A stretch of DNA of 62,304 bases, filler included. It is 3 parts of 3 records of this genome, joined end to end, with 100 filler letters (N's around TTAATTAATTAA, not from the genome) between each part and the next. Parts side by side here need not be neighbours in the genome. Positions count along the whole stretch, not along the records: positions 24,991 to 55,694 come from DRR723986_7196; 2 more parts are not named here. One strand, written 5' to 3'. The position numbers were made by a program, and so were the translations under genes. The notes beneath the pieces are model-generated. The model worked only from the letters and a program-made list of their open reading frames with translations. It searched no databases and was not told the DNA's origin. Numbering within the stretch: position 1 is the first letter of the stretch; the number at the start of each line of letters is the position of its first letter. This document shows positions 39,844 to 51,336 of the stretch, one piece after another.

Positions 39844-40998
39844 TCAACGCAACTTCAGCGTAGACAAACCAATCAACACCAGAATCATGGTGATGATCCA
39901 GAACCGAACCACTACCTGGGTTTCTTTCCAGCCACTTAACTCATAGTGATGGTGTAGCGGCGCCATTCGGAAAACCCGTTTCCCACCGCTGTACTTGAAA
40001 TAGAGCACTTGAATCATGACCGAGAGGGTCTCCGCCACAAACACACCGCCCATGATGAACAGCACCACCTCCTGGCGAACAATCACTGCAACCGTGCCCA
40101 GCGCACCACCCAAAGCGAGTGCACCCACATCACCCATGAACACCTGTGCCGGGTAAGCGTTGAACCACAGGAAAGCCAAGCCAGCACCAGCGATGGCTGC
40201 GAGGAAAACAGCCAGCTCACCTGCGCCCGGAATGTATGGCAGCAGCAAATATTTCGAGTACACCGCATTACCGGCTACGTAGGCAAAAATCGCCAAGGCG
40301 GACGCCACCATCACTGTGGGCATAATCGCCAAGCCATCCAGGCCATCGGTCAAGTTCACCGCATTACTGGTACCCACGATCACAAAGTAAGTCAGAGCGA
40401 TAAAACCCCAAACACCCAAGGGGTAGCTGATCGACTTGAAAAAGGGCACGATCAAATCGGCATTGTTGGGTAGGTGCATTGAAAAACCGCTTTCAACCCA
40501 GGCCACAAAAATATCCAGAACTTCCTGCCCGCTTTGCGCAGAGACAGCAAAAGCCAGATAGAACGCACAAATCAACCCCACCACGCTTTGCCAAAAATAC
40601 TTCCATTTCGCCGGCAAACCCTTGGGGTTGCGATACACCACTTTGCGGTAATCATCGACCCAGCCGATCCAGCCAAAACCGAAGGTGACGAGCATCACCA
40701 CCCACACAAAACGATTGGAGAGATCGGCCCACAGCAAGGTGGAAATGCCAATACCAATCAAGACCAGCGCACCACCCATGGTGGGTGTACCAGCTTTGGC
40801 CAGGTGAGTTTGAGGACCATCATCGCGGACGGACTGGCCAATTTTGTATTGGGTCAATTTGCGAATTACCATCGGCCCCGCCACCAGCCCGACCAGCAGT
40901 GCCGTGGCACATGCCAACACGGCACGCAAAGTCAAATAATTAAAAACACCAAAAGCGCGAATGTCTTGCGCAAGCCATTGGGTAAGCTCAAGAAGCAT
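39844..40998 (-). CDS. mraY: Phospho-MurNAc-pentapeptide transferase
   Basis: [36 protein letters not shown]. Confidence 0.98.
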   Translation of the reverse strand: MLLELTQWLAQDIRAFGVFNYLTLRAVLACATALLVGLVAGPMVIRKLTQYKIGQSVRDDGPQTHLAKAGTPTMGGALVLIGIGISTLLWADLSNRFVWVVMLVTFGFGWIGWVDDYRKVVYRNPKGLPAKWKYFWQSVVGLICAFYLAFAVSAQSGQEVLDIFVAWVESGFSMHLPNNADLIVPFFKSISYPLGVWGFIALTYFVIVGTSNAVNLTDGLDGLAIMPTVMVASALAIFAYVAGNAVYSKYLLLPYIPGAGELAVFLAAIAGAGLAFLWFNAYPAQVFMGDVGALALGGALGTVAVIVRQEVVLFIMGGVFVAETLSVMIQVLYFKYSGGKRVFRMAPLHHHYELSGWKETQVVVRFWIITMILVLIGLSTLKLR

Positions 40999-42382
40999 GG
41001 TTAGCCTCCCCTGAATGATGTTGAACCAGCGCTTGCACAACTCGCTCCATTTTCATAAAACGGGAGCCCTTGACCAGCACAGACCACCGGCCTTGCTTCG
41101 TTGTATTCATGGTGTTTTCTATTAAGGTTTCGATGTTCTTGAAATGTATTGCACCCTCGCCGAAGGCCAACACGGTGTGCCTGGTTGCGTCGCCAAGGGC
41201 GTACAGGTGTTTAACGCCCACCTGTTTTGCAAACCCACCGACCTCCGCATGGTATTCATCTGACTGATTGCCCACTTCACCCATATCACCCAGCACCAAC
41301 AGAGTGCTGCCGGCCTGCTGAGCGAGCACTTTGCTTGCAGCATTCACAGAATCTGGATTTGCGTTGTAACTGTCATTGATCAACAAAATTGATGGTGTAT
41401 TCAAGGCAACTTGCAAGCGCCCATTCACCGGTTGAAAGGCATTCAAACCGTCTTGAATTGCTTCATGGGTGCAGCCTGCGGCGTGCGCAGCGGCCGCTGC
41501 GCCAGCAGCGTTTGCATAGTTGTGCTCACCGATAAAATTCGGGTGCAATTCAATGTGCTTGCCCAAAGCGCTGAGCATCACAGTGGATTGGTCAGAATCA
41601 CCCCGTGCTGGCAAAATATCGAAGTCCGCACCGCAACCAAAACGCAAGGTAGTTTTGCCGGTTGACATCTCTTGCCAACAATCATCGAACTCTGCACTCA
41701 CCGGAAATACCGCACAACCATTGGGCGATAGATGGGTGAATGCACTACCGTTTTCTTTGGCGACCGCCAACACGGTTTTCATGAACTCTTGGTGCTCTCG
41801 CTGCGCATTGGTCAATAGCACCACATCGGGTTTTACCAACCTCGCCAGGTAATCAATCTCACCAGGGTGATTCATACCCATCTCAATGACAGCCATCTTG
41901 TGCTGAGGTCGCAGTTTCAACAAGGTTTGTGGCACACCGATGTCATTGTTCAAGTTACCCGCAGTCACCAAAACTTCATCGTTACCATACTGCGCCTTGC
42001 AGATGCTACCCAACATTTCCTTGCTGGTAGTTTTGCCATTGCTGCCCACTACAGCCAACACCTTCAAATCGAACTGTTGCCGCCATGCACTGGCCAAGGC
42101 CCCAAGGGCAAGACGAGTGTCATTCACCACAAACTGGGCAATCGGCAAATTGAGTTCGCGGTCAGTCACCAAAGCAGCAGCACCGGACTGCATGACCTGC
42201 TCTGCAAAATCGTGAGCATCAAATCGTTCACCAATCAAGCACACGAACACATCACCCTTTTCAACCAAACGACTGTCTGTTTGAATCAGGCGCACAGCAC
42301 CGGGCACCTCTGGCGCACCCTTTTTCAGCTGCTTACTCAAAGCAGTCGCAACGTGTTCAAAGGCCCAGTTCAACTCAAGCAT
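40988..42382 (-). CDS. murF: MurF ligase
   Basis: [39 protein letters not shown]. Confidence 0.97.
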   Translation of the reverse strand: MLELNWAFEHVATALSKQLKKGAPEVPGAVRLIQTDSRLVEKGDVFVCLIGERFDAHDFAEQVMQSGAAALVTDRELNLPIAQFVVNDTRLALGALASAWRQQFDLKVLAVVGSNGKTTSKEMLGSICKAQYGNDEVLVTAGNLNNDIGVPQTLLKLRPQHKMAVIEMGMNHPGEIDYLARLVKPDVVLLTNAQREHQEFMKTVLAVAKENGSAFTHLSPNGCAVFPVSAEFDDCWQEMSTGKTTLRFGCGADFDILPARGDSDQSTVMLSALGKHIELHPNFIGEHNYANAAGAAAAAHAAGCTHEAIQDGLNAFQPVNGRLQVALNTPSILLINDSYNANPDSVNAASKVLAQQAGSTLLVLGDMGEVGNQSDEYHAEVGGFAKQVGVKHLYALGDATRHTVLAFGEGAIHFKNIETLIENTMNTTKQGRWSVLVKGSRFMKMERVVQALVQHHSGEANHAS

Positions 42383-43871
42383 GCGCACCTCGCTTGGCCA
42401 GCGCGGTCATCGCGCACTGCGCATCAGAATGTGCAATCACTTGTGTACCAATCGTCTGTGTACTTTCATGTCCTTTTCCAGCCAATAACACAACATCTTT
42501 GGCGCTCGCGTTGGTAACAGCAAATTCAATGGCCTGTACCCGGTCAACCTGGACATAAAGTTTGTCGTGCAGGACCTTGTCGATTCCATCCACTATCTCT
42601 TGCAGAATGTTTTCTGGCTTTTCACTGCGTGGATTGTCGGATGTGACCACCACGAAATCAGCCTGATTAGCTGCCGCAGCTCCCATCAAGGGGCGCTTGC
42701 TGCGATCCCGATCGCCTCCACAACCAAACACAACCCAAAGCTTTCCCTGACGTTTATCTGCAAATGGACGAAGCGCCAACAGTGTCTTTTCCAACGCATC
42801 GGGAGTGTGCGCGTAATCAACAATCACTGCCGGTTCGCCTTCAATGTGCTGCATGCGTCCAGGTGCTGGGGTAACCCCTGCCAAAGCACTTCTCACCTGA
42901 TTAACCTCGTACCCAAGCCTCACCAAGGTGGCAAAGACCAAAGCCATATTGTCGGCATTGAATTCACCAATGATGGGCGTGTCTATCCGGGTGACTGCAC
43001 CATTCATCTTCAACTCAATGCGTTGACCCTTTTCTTGATGGGCAACATTCAGGATTTGGCACTCAGCACTGTTTGCACGCCCCACAGCAGAACAATCAAT
43101 GTGTCTGCTCTGAACATGTGTCAAAAATTGCATACCAAAGGAGTCATCAGCATTGACCACCGCCAACCGCAAGGTAGGCCAGCTGGCCAGAATCATTTTG
43201 GAACGGCCATACGCAGCCATGTCCCCGTGATAGTCCAGGTGATCCTGGGACAAATTGGTAAAGAGCGCGACATCGATGCTGACACAGGCCAGTCGACGTT
43301 GCTCAAGTCCAATTGACGAGGCTTCAATACACACTGTTTCAAAGCCGTCCTGCCGCAATTCATGCAACAGATGATGAACACCGACCACATCCGGAGTAGT
43401 TAAACCGGTATGTGCCTTCAATTCGTCCGGCTTGCCGTAACCCAAAGTACCAATCACAGCAGCTTTTTTACCCAGATGACCAAGTGCCTGCGCCAACCAG
43501 CGAGTGACTGTGGTTTTACCGTTGGTGCCTGTCACCGCAATAATGGTCATGGCATCGCTGGGGGTTTCGTAATAACCGAAAGCCAGGTCAGCCAGCATGG
43601 TTTTTAGATGAAGTACGGGCAATACACTGGCACTTTGGTACGCTCGCTGATCGTCGTAATCAACCAGCACAAGGCCACATCTTTGCTCTATCAACAGATC
43701 ATCCGCCAAATTTCGCGGATCAAATTTCTCACCTGGGACAGCAAGGAAAACGTCGCGTGGCCCTGTCAAGCGACGGTGATCTGTCACCAAGCCTGAACAA
43801 TCAGCGTAGAACCCGCGCTCATGAAGTTCTGCCAACACCTCTGACACCGAATGAAGGTAAGCGCTGATCAT
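42375..43871 (-). CDS. murE: MurE ligase (meso-DAP type)
   Basis: TGTNGKTT, DHLDYH, DYAHTPD, GCGGDRD, DNPR, AGKGHE. Confidence 0.97.
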   Translation of the reverse strand: MISAYLHSVSEVLAELHERGFYADCSGLVTDHRRLTGPRDVFLAVPGEKFDPRNLADDLLIEQRCGLVLVDYDDQRAYQSASVLPVLHLKTMLADLAFGYYETPSDAMTIIAVTGTNGKTTVTRWLAQALGHLGKKAAVIGTLGYGKPDELKAHTGLTTPDVVGVHHLLHELRQDGFETVCIEASSIGLEQRRLACVSIDVALFTNLSQDHLDYHGDMAAYGRSKMILASWPTLRLAVVNADDSFGMQFLTHVQSRHIDCSAVGRANSAECQILNVAHQEKGQRIELKMNGAVTRIDTPIIGEFNADNMALVFATLVRLGYEVNQVRSALAGVTPAPGRMQHIEGEPAVIVDYAHTPDALEKTLLALRPFADKRQGKLWVVFGCGGDRDRSKRPLMGAAAANQADFVVVTSDNPRSEKPENILQEIVDGIDKVLHDKLYVQVDRVQAIEFAVTNASAKDVVLLAGKGHESTQTIGTQVIAHSDAQCAMTALAKRGAHA

Positions 43872-45628
43872 AAGCGACTCCCCACTGCACTCGGTGCAGC
43901 AACAAACTTGCGTAACTGCTCAGTCGATTCAATCGCATCGGGCTGGACATTCAGGCGAGTCAACACGCTTTTGGTAATGGTCGAAAACACCGGCGCAGCA
44001 ACCAAACCACCGTAGTACACGCCCCCCTTGGGCTCGTCCACCATAATCGCAACAATCACTCTTGGGTCCGATACGGGGGCAAGGCCAACATAGGAGGACA
44101 CATACTTGTTCACGTAACGTCCGCCTTCCTGCTTGTGTGCTGTACCGGTTTTGCCAGCAACCCGGTAGCCCTGCACCTGCGCCTTGATCGCTGTACCTTC
44201 CGGCCCCGAAGCCAACTCAAGCATGTGCAACATGCTGTCGGCGACCTTTTCACTAATAACTCGATGAGACACCACGGGGTCCTGCGGCCCCCGTTTAATC
44301 AAGGAAGCCGGAACGAAATGTCCCTTGTTTGCGAAGATGGTGTACGACTGTGCCAGCTGAATCAGGGATACTGAAATGCCATGCCCGTAGGACATGGTCG
44401 CTTGCTCGATCGGACGCCACTTGTTCCAAGGGCGTACACGACCCGCCACCGAGCCTGGAAATGCAATCGCGGGGGTTTGCCCAAAACCCAGCAAATTGAA
44501 AAAATCCCACAAATCCTTTCGTTCGAGTTCCAGCACAATTTTTGAGGTACCGACGTTACTGGACTTTTGAATGATTTCCTCGACAGTCATGACACCATGC
44601 GGCTTGGTGTCACTGATGGTGGCTGGCCCAATCGACATACGCCCATTGCCAGTGTCAATTTTCGTACTGGCTTTTACCTTGCCTTGATCCATCGCCAAGG
44701 CCACACCAAATGGCTTTAAGGTTGAACCGGGTTCGAACATGTCAGTGAATACGCGGTTGCGTAACTTCTCGCCATGCAACTGCCCCCTGTTGTTGGGGTC
44801 ATAAGTCGGAATATTGGCCATCGCCAGCAGTTCACCGGTTTTTGCATCCAGCACCACAGCAGCAGCAGCCTTGGCCTTGTGCTGCTCAACCGCTTTTTTC
44901 AGCTCCGACAACACGATGTATTGAACATCTGCATCCACGGACAACACCAAATCCTGACCATTGATGGGCGGACGCAGCTCCCGAATGTCCTCGATCACAT
45001 TGCCCAGGCGATCACGCAACACATTTCGTTCACCATCCTCGCCAGTCAGTCGATCGTTGAACGCGAGCTCAACACCCTCCTGACCTTTGTCTTCAATACT
45101 TGTAAAACCCACCAAATGCGCCATGGTCTCGCCTTGGGGGTAATAGCGCTTGCTCTCTGTCACAAAACCGAGGCCAGGAATTTTCAGTGCCTTTGCTTTG
45201 GCAGCAACATCGGAATCCACCTGACGGTCCAAATAAACAAATGCGCGCTTGGAATCTTTACGCATCTGGGCAATCATCCGGTCGGGCTTCAAACCAAGCA
45301 CGGCTGCAAGCTTGCGCAGATCTTCATCCTTGGCATCTACAATTCGACGGCCGTCATACCACACAGCCTGGGCCGGAACACTTTGAGCCAACACCACCAT
45401 ATTGCGATCCAGCAAACTGCCTCTACTCGCCTGGAGTGGCAAAGTACGCTCCAGGCGTTTCGCCCCCTGCTCCTGCAAGAAGTCATTGGAAATAATTTGC
45501 AGGTAAGCTGCGCGCGCGATCAAACCGCCAAAGGCCAGAAAGATGCACACCAAAACAAAACGCGATCGCCAGGCTGGCAATCGCATTTCCAACAATTCTG
45601 ATCCACCGAACCGAACAGCTTTACTCAC
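43868..45628 (-). CDS. ftsI: Penicillin-binding protein 3
   Basis: EPGSTLK (SxxK), SSN, KTGT; dcw position. Confidence 0.96.
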   Translation of the reverse strand: MSKAVRFGGSELLEMRLPAWRSRFVLVCIFLAFGGLIARAAYLQIISNDFLQEQGAKRLERTLPLQASRGSLLDRNMVVLAQSVPAQAVWYDGRRIVDAKDEDLRKLAAVLGLKPDRMIAQMRKDSKRAFVYLDRQVDSDVAAKAKALKIPGLGFVTESKRYYPQGETMAHLVGFTSIEDKGQEGVELAFNDRLTGEDGERNVLRDRLGNVIEDIRELRPPINGQDLVLSVDADVQYIVLSELKKAVEQHKAKAAAAVVLDAKTGELLAMANIPTYDPNNRGQLHGEKLRNRVFTDMFEPGSTLKPFGVALAMDQGKVKASTKIDTGNGRMSIGPATISDTKPHGVMTVEEIIQKSSNVGTSKIVLELERKDLWDFFNLLGFGQTPAIAFPGSVAGRVRPWNKWRPIEQATMSYGHGISVSLIQLAQSYTIFANKGHFVPASLIKRGPQDPVVSHRVISEKVADSMLHMLELASGPEGTAIKAQVQGYRVAGKTGTAHKQEGGRYVNKYVSSYVGLAPVSDPRVIVAIMVDEPKGGVYYGGLVAAPVFSTITKSVLTRLNVQPDAIESTEQLRKFVAAPSAVGSRL

Positions 45629-45902
45629 GCTGAAAGCCCCCCTCCAGCTGCATGAAAACGACCGAGCCCGGTGCTGGTGGATTCATATCCAGTCGGGTGC
45701 GCGCAACCTCATCCACCCGCTCACCTTTGGCCAACGCCACTTGCTGTAATTGCAAACGTGTAAACGCCACTTCAATCTGGTGCTCTGCCTGTTGCTCCTG
45801 GCCCAATGCAACAAACAAGGTTCGCGCCGCGTGTTGCTGCTCAACCACCAACATGGCGCAAAAAATCACCAAAGCGAGCAACAGAATATTCAAGCGCCCC
45901 AT
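45621..45902 (-). CDS. ftsL: Cell division protein FtsL
   Basis: Small TM plus coiled-coil protein between rsmH and fts[13 protein letters not shown]. Confidence 0.9.
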   Translation of the reverse strand: MGRLNILLLALVIFCAMLVVEQQHAARTLFVALGQEQQAEHQIEVAFTRLQLQQVALAKGERVDEVARTRLDMNPPAPGSVVFMQLEGGFQRE

Positions 45903-46861
45903 GCGCCCCCCCCTACCGAAGAACCATCGGGCCACTCGGCCAGCTTCTCAGCAACGCGCAATACGGATGAACGCGAGCGGGGGTTCAATTCGCACTCTTC
46001 TTTGCTCGGCTTGATTCGATCCAGCTTTTTCATCAATGGCGTAGGCTCGGGCAACGGTAACTTGCGCAAACGCGCATCCTGCTGCGATTTTGGATTGGCC
46101 AGCTTTTCAATAAATTGCTTGGTTATTCGATCTTCAAGCGAGTGAAAACTGATCACCGCCAGCCTTCCACCCACCTTCAACCTTTTAAAGGCCGCAATTA
46201 AACCTTGTTCGAGCTGCGCAAGCTCCTGGTTGACGTGAATCCGTAAAGCCTGAAAGGTGCGCGTTGCAGGGTCCTGGCCCGGCTCCCGCGTGCGAACTGC
46301 CCCTGCCACGATCTGGGCAAGGTCGAGTGTTGTAGCGATCGGCCGCTCCGCGCGGCGAGCAACAATCGCTGTTGCAATCTGAACAGCAAACCGTTCTTCC
46401 CCATAATTCTTTATCACCTCTTTGATTTCCCGAGCTTCAGCCCGAGCAAGAAAATCGGCCGCGGACTCTCCAGTCTGCGGATCCATGCGCATGTCCAGCG
46501 GACCATCTCGGCGGAAACTGAATCCCCGCTCAGCCTGATCAATTTGGGGCGAAGAGACGCCAATATCCATCAACACGCCATCCACCTGATCGATGCCCAA
46601 TGAATCAAGCGCTGACTCAAGATCGGCAAATGCGCTGCGAACCCCCTGAAAACGGGAATCCGCGATTTCACCCATGGCATGAACCGCTTGGGGATCACGG
46701 TCAAGGGCGACCAGCCGCCCCCGAGCCGAGAGTTTCTCGAGCAAGGCCCGACTGTGGCCACCCCTGCCAAAGGTGCAGTCCAGATAAAGTCCGTCGGGCG
46801 TGTGCAACAGGGCGTCAACCGTGGGTTGAAGAAGCACGGGGATGTGTTCATCGGCACTCAC
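45890..46861 (-). CDS. rsmH: 16S rRNA m4C1402 methyltransferase
   Basis: [41 protein letters not shown]. Confidence 0.98.
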   Translation of the reverse strand: MSADEHIPVLLQPTVDALLHTPDGLYLDCTFGRGGHSRALLEKLSARGRLVALDRDPQAVHAMGEIADSRFQGVRSAFADLESALDSLGIDQVDGVLMDIGVSSPQIDQAERGFSFRRDGPLDMRMDPQTGESAADFLARAEAREIKEVIKNYGEERFAVQIATAIVARRAERPIATTLDLAQIVAGAVRTREPGQDPATRTFQALRIHVNQELAQLEQGLIAAFKRLKVGGRLAVISFHSLEDRITKQFIEKLANPKSQQDARLRKLPLPEPTPLMKKLDRIKPSKEECELNPRSRSSVLRVAEKLAEWPDGSSVGGGAWGA

Positions 46862-46863
46862 CT

Positions 46864-47292
46864 TCAGAAACTGAATTCGTTCAGTGATTCAGGCATGCCC
46901 GCAGCAATTGCCTTTTCCTCTTCCACCTTCAACAGCGTGGAATCCCAGATTTCAAAATGACTTCCCATGCCCAGCAACATCACTTCCTTGCTCAACGAAG
47001 CTGCTTCCCGCAATTCTGGGGACACCAGAATTCGACCCGCAGAATCGATTTCAACATCTGTTGCAAAGCCAAGGAAAATACGCTGCCACGGACGGGCAGA
47101 CATGGGCCAAGCAGCAATTTTTTCTCGATGCTGCTCCCAAACCGGGCGCGGAAACATCAACAAACAGCCGTTGGGGTGTTTCGTAAGCGTCAAGGCCCCC
47201 TCGCACTGCGTTTGCAGCGCGTCACGATGCTTCTGCGGCACATTCATGCGCCCTTTTGCATCCATGGATAAGGAAGAACTGCCTTGATACAC
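46864..47292 (-). CDS. mraZ: Transcriptional regulator MraZ
   Basis: Duplicated DAKGR / DSAGR motifs, FEIWD. Confidence 0.96.
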   Translation of the reverse strand: MYQGSSSLSMDAKGRMNVPQKHRDALQTQCEGALTLTKHPNGCLLMFPRPVWEQHREKIAAWPMSARPWQRIFLGFATDVEIDSAGRILVSPELREAASLSKEVMLLGMGSHFEIWDSTLLKVEEEKAIAAGMPESLNEFSF

Positions 47293-47300
47293 GCGAATTA

Positions 47301-47366
47301 AATTCCCACAAAATCACACAAATCCCCACGAATCACCACTTTACGCATTATGAAATGGGCGGTCAA
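47301..47366 (-). promoter_or_regulatory. dcw promoter with four 10-bp MraZ boxes
   Basis: Minus strand -35 TTGACC (47361-66), 17 nt, -10 TAAAGT (47338-43), then AGTGGTGATT CGTGGGGATT TGTGTGATTT TGTGGGAATT. Confidence 0.85.
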
Positions 47367-47524
47367 GCAGTTCTCTCGAGAAAACGCTTTACAACCAAGG
47401 ACTTAGAAACACTTTGGAGAAAATTACAAGAAAAAAATCGCTGAAAAAATAAAGGCATAAAGACAACACTGAAAGTAATGTCTTAAGAAACGAACAGGGA
47501 ATTAAATCTTGATGAAGGGGATTA

Positions 47525-47926
47525 GAAAGCGCGTCTGTAAGCCGGATTCTGTTCAATGGCTTTGCAGCCAAAGTGACAATCATTCCTCTAGGCTGAAAAT
47601 TACTCTTCAGCTCAAGCCACCTACCCGCGCGCTCGGGGAGCGCCGTTGACGCTTCAAGCGTCTGCGCGCCTATTTGGTGTTGCTCCAAGTGGGGTTTACC
47701 TAGCCAGCCTTGTCGCCAAAACTGCGGGGGTCTCTTACACCTCCGGTTCGCCCTTGCCTGTGAAAGTTACCTTTCCATCGGCGGTGTGTTTTCTGTTGCA
47801 CTTTCCGTCGCCTTGGGTCTTGTTGCCAAAACCGTATAGCGCCTGGCCGTTAACCAGCACCGTGCTCACTGGAGTCCGGACTTTCCTCTCCCTGAAATTC
47901 AGGCAGCGACTGTCCGACGCACTTTC
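47525..47926 (-). ncRNA. rnpB: RNase P RNA, type A
   Basis: GAGGAAAGTCCGGACTCC near the 5' end, GAACAGAATCCGGCTTA near the 3' end, GGTAAACCCCACTTGGAGCAA; P1 pairing GAAAGTGCGTC/GACGCGCTTTC. Confidence 0.96.
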
Positions 47927-48752
47927 CGAAAGCAAGTGTAGACCCATCCCAAACAAAAGCCAATCTTTCATCAGATGAAGAAACCCGACGTGTTGGCTTC
48001 GCGCGATAAACAGCTGAGTCTTCATAAAAGCCGGGGGTCTCGGAATCGCGAAACCAGCCGGGAACCCCCATCACCGGCAGGGGGCTTAAGTTACCGGGGG
48101 CGCGAAGTTGTTTAACCACCGACAACATCAATCGCTGCAACTCAGGTAATTCCATGTCAAGCGAAGGCACCTTTACGGGCACCACCTTTGCACACAAACC
48201 TTTATGAGCTTTGCTCATGCTATCGAGCAAACCGTGCCCCAACAATAGAACCCTGGCACGGGTACTCCAGCTTTCTCGCTGATCAAGCAGCAAGGTTTTC
48301 CAGTCGTGCTGTAGCAAGGCCGTACAGAGCGACCACTCCGTGGTCAAAAGAAGCGCGCCGCTTTCATCGAACAAAGTCAGGGCATCGCGCAAGCGACTTC
48401 GACCATTGCCAGACAAACTTCCACTTTGGTCCGCGGAGCAAAAGGCGTCCTGTACATGAAGCGCATTGATCAGCTGCTTTACTTTGGGAAAGGCCAACCA
48501 AACTTGGCCGTTGTACCAATCGTGAGAAAGATCTCGAGTCGGGATCTGGCCAGTTTGCACAAGGCGCTCATATTCCAGCGCTCCCAAACTCTCTGTCGAA
48601 TGAACAAACACAGGGATAGTTTCGACTGTCTCTCCACGCAGGTCATTCAACCGACGGGCAACAGCGCCCTCATGATCAAGTCGAGGATCAAAACGGGCAC
48701 GGTTTTCACCATAGGGCCATAGCCAGGGGCTAACTGCTGAGTCTGCCACCAC
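47850..48752 (-). CDS. DUF3025 domain protein
   Basis: YERLVQTGQIPTR..HDWYNGQVWLAFPKVK, RSRLRDALTLFDESG, GHGLL, PLPVMGVPGW, FYEDSAVYR. Confidence 0.85.
   Translation of the reverse strand: MVADSAVSPWLWPYGENRARFDPRLDHEGAVARRLNDLRGETVETIPVFVHSTESLGALEYERLVQTGQIPTRDLSHDWYNGQVWLAFPKVKQLINALHVQDAFCSADQSGSLSGNGRSRLRDALTLFDESGALLLTTEWSLCTALLQHDWKTLLLDQRESWSTRARVLLLGHGLLDSMSKAHKGLCAKVVPVKVPSLDMELPELQRLMLSVVKQLRAPGNLSPLPVMGVPGWFRDSETPGFYEDSAVYRAKPTRRVSSSDERLAFVWDGSTLAFGKCVGQSLPEFQGEESPDSSEHGAG
47935..47963 (-). promoter_or_regulatory. Sigma70 promoter of rnpB, inside the DUF3025 ORF
   Basis: TTGGCT-17 nt-TACACT, ending about 8 nt before the RNA 5' end. Confidence 0.65.
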
Positions 48753-48755
48753 CGA

Positions 48756-49877
48756 TTACCGAAGACGGGTAACGGTCCAATCCAGCACCTCTCCTGCCCT
48801 CAAAGGCACAATCCCACTCTCGGTCACAAAGGGCAGCCGTTGCGGCACCTCAAAAGATTTGCGCTGTAGCTCAAACACACCTTCGTTAACAGGCAAACCA
48901 TAAAATGCGGGACCATTCAAACTGCAAAACTTTTCAAACAGCTCAACGCTTTCCAATGCCCCCATCTGCTCAAAAGCTTCGGCGTACATGGCCATCGCAT
49001 AGGGTGCTGAATAGCAACCAGCACACCCACACGACATTTCTTTCAGATGCCTCGCATGGGGCGCACTGTCTGTACCCAGGAAAAACTGCGGTAAACCACT
49101 GGTCGCCGCTTTCAACAGTGCCTTGCGATGCACCTCGCGCTTCAACACTGGCAGGCAATACCAATGTGGCTGTAAACCACCCTTGAACAAAGCGTTGCGG
49201 TTATAAAGCAAATGCTGCGGCGTAATGGTAGCAGCCAGCAGCAGCCTGCCCTGCGCGTCACGCCCCGAATTTTCGGTGACAAATGTGGCCGCTTGCTCAG
49301 TGGTGATGTGTTCAAAAACTACCCGCAAATTTGGAAACTGCCGACGCAAAGGCTTCATCACCGTCTCTACAAATGCGGCTTCGCGATCAAACACATCCAC
49401 ATCCGCATCCGTCACTTCACCATGCACCAGCAAAGGCAAACCATGAAGCTCCATGGCCCGCAATACAGCGCCACATTGGCCCAGCAAATCGGAAACACCG
49501 GCTTCAGAATTTGTGGTCGCGCCGGCCGGGTACAACTTCACTGCTCGCACTACACCGCTGTTGGCCGCTTTTTCAATTTCCTGAGGGCTGGTAGCACCGG
49601 TCAGGTACAGCACCATCAAGGGTTCAAACAAACGCATGGCGGCCTGTTCCTCCGCGGAATAATCGCCTGTGCGACAAGCTTTCTCTACGGCATCCAGAAT
49701 ACGCTGACGATAAGCCACGGCTTGATCAACCGTGGTCACAGGCGGCTTCAAATTGGGCATCACAATCGCGCGTCTGAAATTCAACGCCGTGGCCGCAACT
49801 ACATGCTCCAGGGCCTCGCCGTCGCGAAGGTGCAAATGCCAATCATCGGGCGGAGCAATTTGAATGGTCTGAATCAT
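48756..49877 (-). CDS. pyrC: Dihydroorotase (type II)
   Basis: PDDWHLHLRDG, MPNL, KLYPAGATTNS, HGEV, EHIT, GTDSAPH. Confidence 0.97.
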   Translation of the reverse strand: MIQTIQIAPPDDWHLHLRDGEALEHVVAATALNFRRAIVMPNLKPPVTTVDQAVAYRQRILDAVEKACRTGDYSAEEQAAMRLFEPLMVLYLTGATSPQEIEKAANSGVVRAVKLYPAGATTNSEAGVSDLLGQCGAVLRAMELHGLPLLVHGEVTDADVDVFDREAAFVETVMKPLRRQFPNLRVVFEHITTEQAATFVTENSGRDAQGRLLLAATITPQHLLYNRNALFKGGLQPHWYCLPVLKREVHRKALLKAATSGLPQFFLGTDSAPHARHLKEMSCGCAGCYSAPYAMAMYAEAFEQMGALESVELFEKFCSLNGPAFYGLPVNEGVFELQRKSFEVPQRLPFVTESGIVPLRAGEVLDWTVTRLR

Positions 49878-49937
49878 GAGGGCAGAGATAGTTGTAGACG
49901 GTTGGTATTTTACCTTAGGCAGATTGCCCAAAATTCC

Positions 49938-51284
49938 TCAAGGCCTGCCGACCAGAATAATCCTCAAGTCATTCACATTGGTCATGGTTGGCCCAGTCAC
50001 CAACAATCGATCCAGACTCTTAAAGTAGTCATAACTGGTGTGTTGATCCAAGTGCAACTGAGGCGCAAGCTTGGCCGCCTTGGACAGCTGCATGTCACCC
50101 GGTAACATCAGTGCACCGGCATGCCCGCCGATACCGTCAATACCATCCGTGTCTGCAGCAATCGCAGCCACTTCAACAGGTGCATTCAAATCCCGAAGGT
50201 AAAAAGCCAAGGCCAACAAAAACTCGGAATTTCGACCACCCCTTGCTTGTCTTAGCTGAGTGTCATTCAGGGTTACCGTGCATTCGCCACCACTGATAAT
50301 TGCCAGCGGAGCAGCTGGCCAGCCACCTCGCCCCATTGCTGCTTGTCTGGCAATTGCAGCATGCACCTGCGCCACGTCTCGCGCCTCACCTTCCAAAGTG
50401 TCGCCAAGATTAAGCACCTGATAGCCTTTGGCCTCGAGGTGTTGAGTAACCGCATTCAATGACTTCAAGTTACTAGCCAACAAATGCGTTTTCACTTTGC
50501 GAAAAACCAGCGAACTTCGCTTGGGTGTATCAGGCACCGCACCCTTTATCCCTTTCTCGAGATACCTGGCAATTGAGTGTGGCACTTGCACCGCCCAACG
50601 CTTGATTACCTCAATTGCGTCGTGAAAAGTGCTTTCATCCGGACTGAATGGACCCGAGGCGATTGACGAAGGATCATCGCCCGGTACATCGGATATCAAC
50701 AACTGGAACACGGGCGCACGACAGACTTGTGCCAACTGCCCCCCCAGAGTTTGTGTCACATGTTTGCGCACGATGTTCATTTCATCGATCGGCGCACCGC
50801 AGGCCAATAAGGCACGGTTCAACTGTTGCAAATCAACAAAGGGAATATCGCGCACAGGCACGCTCAACAAACTTGAACCGCCACCTGACACCAGCGCGAT
50901 CACCGCATCACTTGAAGGCACTTCCGAAATCGCTTTGTGCAGCCTGCGCGCGGCGCGCTGACCGTCTTCATCGGGCACTGGGTGCGCAGCCTGAACCACC
51001 TCGATCGTTGAAGTTTTCACCTCATGTCCGCGCCGCGTTACAACAAACCCTTGCAGTTTTTCTGAAGATCCAGCCACACCCTCCAAGGCTTTGGCCATGG
51101 ATGCAGCCGCCTTGCCTGCACCAAAAACCCACACGCGCTCGCGCTCCGGGGCCAATTGGCTTAACCAAGGCATGATTTGCTCTTTCCACGCCTCCTGTAG
51201 GGCTTGTTCGGGTTGCGCCGCCAAAACACCCACCTCAAAAACCTCGGTCAAAAGGTCTTTGTAAAAATCATCCTTCTCAGACAT
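49938..51284 (-). CDS. Glycerate 2-kinase (TtuD/MOFRL family)
   Basis: GAGKAA, AAHPVPD, SGGGSSL, SDVPGD, GGRN, TDGIDG, TGPTMTNVND. Confidence 0.92.
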   Translation of the reverse strand: MSEKDDFYKDLLTEVFEVGVLAAQPEQALQEAWKEQIMPWLSQLAPERERVWVFGAGKAAASMAKALEGVAGSSEKLQGFVVTRRGHEVKTSTIEVVQAAHPVPDEDGQRAARRLHKAISEVPSSDAVIALVSGGGSSLLSVPVRDIPFVDLQQLNRALLACGAPIDEMNIVRKHVTQTLGGQLAQVCRAPVFQLLISDVPGDDPSSIASGPFSPDESTFHDAIEVIKRWAVQVPHSIARYLEKGIKGAVPDTPKRSSLVFRKVKTHLLASNLKSLNAVTQHLEAKGYQVLNLGDTLEGEARDVAQVHAAIARQAAMGRGGWPAAPLAIISGGECTVTLNDTQLRQARGGRNSEFLLALAFYLRDLNAPVEVAAIAADTDGIDGIGGHAGALMLPGDMQLSKAAKLAPQLHLDQHTSYDYFKSLDRLLVTGPTMTNVNDLRIILVGRP

Positions 51285-51336
51285 GAAAAGTCTCTTAAAA
51301 TAAAAATCAATTAATCAACAATTTACCAATTAAACC

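Noticed and set aside
47301..47340. 10-bp tandem repeats as a CRISPR array or iterons
   Set aside because: Too short, no spacers; explained by MraZ boxes
47460..47484. Hairpin AAGACA..TGTCTT downstream of rnpB as a terminator
   Set aside because: Weak AT-rich stem with an interrupted U tract; plausible but not supportable
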